DNA from: an uncultured virus (IMG/VR IMGVR_UViG_3300042392_001468)
Taxonomy: Duplodnaviria; Heunggongvirae; Uroviricota; Caudoviricetes
Length of the DNA stretch: 20,000 bases
Reading direction: 5' to 3' (one strand)
IMG/VR virus record: IMGVR_UViG_3300042392_001468
Shown one piece after another: positions 15,755 through 20,000 of this stretch. The translations under genes were made by a program, and so were the position numbers. The notes beneath the pieces were generated by a model, which saw nothing but the letters and a program-made list of their open reading frames with translations, did not search any database and was not told the origin of the DNA. Each line of letters begins with the position of its first letter. Position 1 is the stretch's first letter.

Positions 15755-17131
15755 CTAGATGACGATGCTCTTCTGGAACCTACGCCGGAATGTCTGCGTA
15801 GCTGTAGTGTTCTGGCCGTGACAAGTTATTTGAATTGTCGGAGTGCCTGTCAAGTCATTTGTTGTCAAAGCATAAATCGCTCCTGATGTAGTCGTGGCGA
15901 TAGCCTGTCTCGCATTTGCGGCAGTAGGAGCGTAGCGATTGATACTCATCTGCAAATAGGCGCTGCCTGAAGAATGAGTGACAATGGCGGCAGATATTTC
16001 CACAATCGAAAAGTTTGTGGCTGAGTTTGTGAGAGTCGCGCCATCGGTGTGGGTCAGGTAAGTGACTCCATCAACTACGAGGGTGAATACATAAGTCCTT
16101 GCGGCCCCAGAGTTGTTTATCAGGTATCCCTTTACTTCTGTTTCGATTGCCTTCCCTGAAGCTAAAGCAGTATTCGGTATAAAAGTGGCAATCGTCTGGG
16201 CGGAAGTAGAGTTTACCGATATCGAAGTATCTGAGAGGTTGGTCGCATCTACAATAGGACCAGTTGCTCCCGTTGCTCCGGTGCTACCTGCCGGGCCGCT
16301 TGGTCCCGATGGACCGCTAGGACCAGAAGGACCGCCGCCTGCCGCTACCCATTCAAGATTCCAGTCATCGGCATCAACCTTTGCCAGAACCTCGCCTGTG
16401 CTGCCGCCCGGAGGAACGGGGAAGGCAATAAAGGATATGCCCGAATCAACCCAATCAGTACCGTCATAGGTCCAAATATCAAAGAGTGGTGAGCCGTCAA
16501 TCTCGATGTAGTAATCACCGGATGAGCCGGGATCAGTCGGGGGTCCGTAGTCAAAGGTAAGTGTGCCGCTGCCCCCCGCAGGACCGGATGGGCCGCTGGG
16601 TCCGGTGGCTCCTGCCGTACCCGGTGTTCCGCTTGCTCCCGCCGCTCCGGTAGCCCCGGTTACTCCTGTCGGTCCCGTTGCGCCTGTAAGTCCTGTGGGT
16701 CCGCTCGGTCCCGTGGCTCCTGCGATGCCCGCTGGTCCCGATGGTCCGCTTGGACCCGCTGCGCCAGTCACACCAGTTGGTCCTGTAGCTCCGGCTGGTC
16801 CGGTTGCGCCTGTAACTCCTGTGGGTCCGGTGGCACCATCTGCGCCTGCTGCCCCGGTTACGCCAGATGGTCCTGTCGCCCCGGTAAGTCCTGTGGGTCC
16901 GCTAGGGCCGGTTGCGCCGGTTGCGCCTGCGGCTCCGCTTGGCCCGGTTGCTCCCCCTGCCCCAGAAGGACCGCTAGGGCCGGTGGCTCCGGTCGCTCCT
17001 GCTGGCCCTGGGGTCAGCTCGATCTCATCAAACGCGGATTCAATCCGGTCCTCAAAGTCATTCAGGTTGAACTCGTCCAGCGGGGTTTCCCGCGAGGGCC
17101 AGTTCTCCCAGGCTCTAGGAACGAAGGCCAT
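15755..17131 (-). CDS. Collagen-like fibre protein (head or tail fibre)
   Basis: About 49 consecutive G-X-Y triplets plus a second run of 9. Fibre-type spacer motifs '[14 protein letters not shown]...[12 protein letters not shown]' and '[22 protein letters not shown]'; T/S-rich beta-type C-terminal domain. Confidence 0.85.
   Translation of the reverse strand: MAFVPRAWENWPSRETPLDEFNLNDFEDRIESAFDEIELTPGPAGATGATGPSGPSGAGGATGPSGAAGATGATGPSGPTGLTGATGPSGVTGAAGADGATGPTGVTGATGPAGATGPTGVTGAAGPSGPSGPAGIAGATGPSGPTGLTGATGPTGVTGATGAAGASGTPGTAGATGPSGPSGPAGGSGTLTFDYGPPTDPGSSGDYYIEIDGSPLFDIWTYDGTDWVDSGISFIAFPVPPGGSTGEVLAKVDADDWNLEWVAAGGGPSGPSGPSGPSGPAGSTGATGATGPIVDATNLSDTSISVNSTSAQTIATFIPNTALASGKAIETEVKGYLINNSGAARTYVFTLVVDGVTYLTHTDGATLTNSATNFSIVEISAAIVTHSSGSAYLQMSINRYAPTAANARQAIATTTSGAIYALTTNDLTGTPTIQITCHGQNTTATQTFRRRFQKSIVI
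16253..16333 (-). repeat. Second collagen G-X-Y run (9 triplets)
   Basis: GPS x4, [15 protein letters not shown]. Confidence 0.9.
16568..17008 (-). repeat. Main collagen G-X-Y run (about 49 triplets; 9-bp periodicity) with internal DNA duplications
   Basis: [12 protein letters not shown] triplets. Exact 20-bp repeat GTAAGTCCTGTGGGTCCGCT at 16686-16705 and 16884-16903; 27-bp repeat with 1 mismatch at 16677-16703 and 16803-16829. Confidence 0.9.
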
Positions 17132-17133
17132 TT

Positions 17134-17319
17134 CTACTTGTCAGACTTGGAGGCTGGAGCCTTCCGAGTCGCTGCGCGTTTGGCCGGTGCCGCACCGACT
17201 GGTTCAGCGTAGCCGGCTTCAATCAGCGCCACGGCCTCTTCCTTGTCTGCGTCTACTTCCTGCCCTGCGTGGTAGTTCTTATCCACGGTTCCAAAGTCTG
17301 TGTTCATGCGTATCTTCAC
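17134..17319 (-). CDS. Small capsid-linked protein (61 aa)
   Basis: '[24 protein letters not shown]' plus an A/K-rich tail, typical of the small ORF following HK97-type capsid genes. GTG start with GGAG SD. Confidence 0.75.
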   Translation of the reverse strand: MKIRMNTDFGTVDKNYHAGQEVDADKEEAVALIEAGYAEPVGAAPAKRAATRKAPASKSDK

Positions 17320-17345
17320 TTGGAGCTCCAGTCTGTAAAGGATTC

Positions 17346-17371
17346 GGACGGGGGGCTGGTGCCCCCCGTCC
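17346..17371 (-). terminator. GC-rich hairpin after the major capsid gene (terminator/attenuator)
   Basis: Perfect 11-bp stem GGACGGGGGGC / GCCCCCCGTCC with a 4-nt loop, about 20 nt after the capsid stop; weak tail (GAATCCTTTA). Confidence 0.7.
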
Positions 17372-17390
17372 TAGTCCTAGTGAGCGTCGA

Positions 17391-18608
17391 TCAGGTCTTG
17401 ATGACCAGCGACTTCACAGCAGCGGTGTCACGAACATCGCCGTCAGTCCGCAGCGAGGTGCGGAATCCGACCTGGCCGGCGGCTGCGTAGAGCTCGTTGA
17501 GCACCTTCACGGTCACACCTTCCACGTCGCGGATGATGTAGCCCTTCTCGATGTCACCGAAGATGGCAACCTTCTTGGTCGCCGCAACCGTGTCCACGTG
17601 CGGGTCGGTGTATACCGGCCTGCCAAGCAGCAGGTCAGGCGTACCGGCCTGGAGTCCCGGCTGCCAGATGTACTGGTCATCCTGGTCCTGGAACTTGCGG
17701 ACGATCTTGACCGTCGCATCGTTGATGATCCACGAGGCGTTCGCCCGGTAAGGCGAGGTCACCGAATGAACCAGGTCAATGAGCTCGTCAGCGGTGAAGC
17801 CGGTGTTGACCGCAGTGGTCACTCCAGCAGTCGCCCTGTTGAGCAGACCCTTCGGGGTGGTGGTCGAGTTGGAAGCGCCGGTGGCGTAAGCCTCGCCGGT
17901 CTTGAGCCCGAGAGCTTCGCCGTGATCCTTGGCGAGCCAGCTCAGCAGGTCGAAGGCGCTGTCCTGAATCAGCTCGTCGCTGATCTTGGAGATGACACCG
18001 ACCTTGTAGGCGTTGAGCACGATCTGACCGAAGGTGCCTTCTGCCTGGGTGAATGCGGCCTCTTCAGCGGTCCACGCTGCGGTTGAGTTGGAGGCAACAG
18101 TCGGGATGGTCAGCTGGCCGTTGTCACCCGTGGTGATGTGGGTGGCGAGGGCGTTGATGACACCGAACTCACGCATGGACTCAACGATCTGGCGCAGGAA
18201 AGCGTCAGGAACGGTGAAGCCACCTTCTGAGTCAGTGCCGACCTGGAGAGCGGCACGCTCTTCCTTGGCCAGCTTGCTGAGGTCGCCCTTGTTACGCAGG
18301 ACGTTCTCGAAGGCGCGGATCTCGACTTCACGCTGCTCAGCCGGATCGACGGAAACGGTCGGCTCAGAGTCAGAGTCAACCATCGCCGGGTTCGCCCGGT
18401 GGCTGTCAACTGCGAGTCCTTCGAGCTTCTCAAGACGGTCAACCCGCTCTGAGATGGCATCGAAATCACTTTCGCGCCGCCCAAACTCCTGTGCCTCTTC
18501 TGCTGTGAGGTCGCGGTCAGCGGCCTCGGCTGCGGACTGGATGCTTCGCATCTCGTCCAGAAGTCCCTTGCGCCGTGCGCGAAGGTCTTCGATTATGGAA
18601 ACGCTCAT
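17391..18608 (-). CDS. Major capsid protein, HK97 family
   Basis: N-terminal coiled-coil delta domain, 'GTDSEGGFTVPD', 'AAWTAEEAAF', 'KISDELIQDSAFDL', 'YIWQPGLQAGTPDLLLGRPV', 'FGD', 'GQVGFR...R.DG'; AAAGGAG SD. Confidence 0.96.
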   Translation of the reverse strand: MSVSIIEDLRARRKGLLDEMRSIQSAAEAADRDLTAEEAQEFGRRESDFDAISERVDRLEKLEGLAVDSHRANPAMVDSDSEPTVSVDPAEQREVEIRAFENVLRNKGDLSKLAKEERAALQVGTDSEGGFTVPDAFLRQIVESMREFGVINALATHITTGDNGQLTIPTVASNSTAAWTAEEAAFTQAEGTFGQIVLNAYKVGVISKISDELIQDSAFDLLSWLAKDHGEALGLKTGEAYATGASNSTTTPKGLLNRATAGVTTAVNTGFTADELIDLVHSVTSPYRANASWIINDATVKIVRKFQDQDDQYIWQPGLQAGTPDLLLGRPVYTDPHVDTVAATKKVAIFGDIEKGYIIRDVEGVTVKVLNELYAAAGQVGFRTSLRTDGDVRDTAAVKSLVIKT

Positions 18609-18634
18609 CGCGTTTCTCCTTTCGGATTGCTTTG

Positions 18635-19411
18635 TTATGACCTGGCTCTGTTGGCCAGTAGTGAGATGCGACGTGATGCGGCCACGGTCGTCAGACCTGC
18701 TCCGCGTTCGTCGTCTGCGACTTCCGTACTCTCTTCAGACACAGCGACCTCATCGACAAGCTCTGGAGAGTCAGCCTTATCGTCGCGTGCTTCTGTGTCC
18801 ACCTCAGTCGGCGTGCTGCGGAATGCGTCAATCGCGTTCCACTCTTCGGCAGAGATGTTCATGTCACCTCTGCCAAGTCTGTTGATCGCCCGAATCGCCG
18901 CGTCAGTCGCGGGGTATGCCGGGTAGGTCACGGGAGAAACGTCAAACAGTGAACCGAACCGCTTGATGGTCCGCACCAGCAGCCCGTCCGCGTCCTCGGT
19001 CCAATCGTCCTCCACATCGGAGCCGAAGGCAAAGCTCATCTGCGTGACGTTGCCTTCCTCCAGGTTGATCCGAAGGTCACGGGCGTAGGAAAGATCCTCA
19101 CGAATCATCGCCCTAACCTGAAGCCCAGTCGGATCTTCGGTGAGCTCCAGCTGCTCGCCACGTGCCAGCGGCATGTTCGGGTCGTGATTGACCAGCAGCC
19201 GCACGTCATCGGTCAGAACTTCCTTGAAGGCTCCGCGCTTGATTACTTCACGGAAGCCCCCCAGGTTCTCTGAGAGTGAGTCAAAGACGGCAGCATGTCC
19301 TACGAACTCCCAGCGGTTTGCGCCAGTGTCTGGATCGGGTTCAGCGTCACGCAGCTCAAGGCCGCGAATCTCGCAGAGGCCGCGAGGTGCCGGTGGGTCA
19401 CTCGGTCTCAT
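18635..19411 (-). CDS. Prohead (maturation) protease, HK97 family (S78)
   Basis: 'GHAAVFDSLSENLGGFREVIKRGAF', 'LLVNHD', 'QMSFAF', 'LFDVSPVTYPAYPAT'; lies between portal and capsid. Confidence 0.95.
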   Translation of the reverse strand: MRPSDPPAPRGLCEIRGLELRDAEPDPDTGANRWEFVGHAAVFDSLSENLGGFREVIKRGAFKEVLTDDVRLLVNHDPNMPLARGEQLELTEDPTGLQVRAMIREDLSYARDLRINLEEGNVTQMSFAFGSDVEDDWTEDADGLLVRTIKRFGSLFDVSPVTYPAYPATDAAIRAINRLGRGDMNISAEEWNAIDAFRSTPTEVDTEARDDKADSPELVDEVAVSEESTEVADDERGAGLTTVAASRRISLLANRARS

Positions 19412-20000
19412 TTTGCGTTTCTCCTAACGTGGGAAGGTTCTCCTTGAGTCGAACCTCGTCGATTGTCATGAACCCAGCTTCGAGTGCGACCTTGTAAGCC
19501 TCGAAGCGGGTTTTGGTATCGGGCCGCAGGATTCCTTCAACAAGGAACTCGGCCTGGTAATCGACAGGAAGAATGTCTGCGTCACGCCGCAGTGAGTTTT
19601 CAATGCGGACAAGAATGGGATTCAGGCAATCAGTCAGGAAGGCTTTGGCCTGCTGCTCAGTGGTTGAGTAGGTCAGCGAGTCACCGGACTTGGCACCCAG
19701 CTTCGATGGCGGCAGGTTGAACATCTGAGCAATCCGCAAGTCTGAGAACTGCTGCTGCTCGACAAACTGAGCGTCGGCCAGGGGCATCGTCCACTTCTCA
19801 ACCTCCACGCCTTCTTCCAGCACGGCAGTCCCGCCTGAGCCAACTGACTCCCATGATGCCTTCAGCCGCTTGGCCGCATCCGTTGAAAGCTGGTTCGGAT
19901 GGCGCAAGATGACTGACGGCCTGCCGCCTTCATTCAGGAACTCAGCCACGAACCGCTGCTGGGCAAGGGCGTTGGCAATCGCCTGCTTGTTGACTTGGAT
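19398..20000 (-). CDS. Portal protein, HK97 family (5' part outside the window)
   Basis: Frame open from 20000 (IQVNKQAIANALAQQRFVAEFLNEGGRPS...); 'AVLEEG', 'DAQFVE', 'IAQMFNLPP', 'GFMTIDEVRLKENLP'. The track start at 19949 is internal. Confidence 0.95.
   Translation of the reverse strand: MQVNKQAIANALAQQRFVAEFLNEGGRPSVILRHPNQLSTDAAKRLKASWESVGSGGTAVLEEGVEVEKWTMPLADAQFVEQQQFSDLRIAQMFNLPPSKLGAKSGDSLTYSTTEQQAKAFLTDCLNPILVRIENSLRRDADILPVDYQAEFLVEGILRPDTKTRFEAYKVALEAGFMTIDEVRLKENLPTLGETQNETE

Noticed and set aside
16253..17008. Periodic repeats considered as a CRISPR array or DGR template/variable repeat
   Set aside because: The 9-bp periodicity is explained by G-X-Y coding. There are no constant repeats with unique spacers, no adenine-specific mismatch pattern and no reverse transcriptase or cas genes.
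16563..18086. 507-aa plus-strand ORF with GPVAP repeats
   Set aside because: Antisense shadow of the collagen repeat and the codon-biased capsid gene. No SD or recognisable domain, and it opposes three well-supported genes.
18034..18926. Plus-strand ORFs 18034..18885 and 18627..18926
   Set aside because: Antisense to capsid and protease; S/R-rich translations typical of high-GC shadow frames.

Overview
This window is tailed-phage or prophage DNA, probably from an actinobacterial host (inferred from the holin and glycosyltransferase types). Almost all genes are on the minus strand. In transcription order (right to left): partial HK97-type portal, HK97 prohead protease, HK97-fold major capsid protein, a strong hairpin, a small capsid-linked protein, a Ser/Thr-rich collagen-like fibre and a GT4 glycosyltransferase. 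Next come two Q/A-rich helical proteins and a 2561-aa protein ending in a lysozyme/GH73-like domain plus a VanY-like M15 peptidase; the three together resemble podovirus ejection proteins. A lysis cassette follows, with an M15A endolysin flanked by three small membrane ORFs that the ORF track missed or misframed. After it are an HTH-fused metallophosphoesterase, a MazG-like protein and a lone plus-strand TerS-like HTH gene. The window ends in a tightly coupled early operon (Zn-finger, AlpA/Xis-like, HNH, RHH, small ORF, SSB-like). The main oddity is a siphovirus-style HK97 head module running straight into podovirus-style ejection genes with no recognisable neck or tail genes, and codon style appears to shift within the collagen gene. 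This is either an unusual virion architecture or recombinant, or an assembly chimera. No tRNA, rRNA, CRISPR array or transposase was seen. All family assignments come from motif recognition by eye, not database searches.
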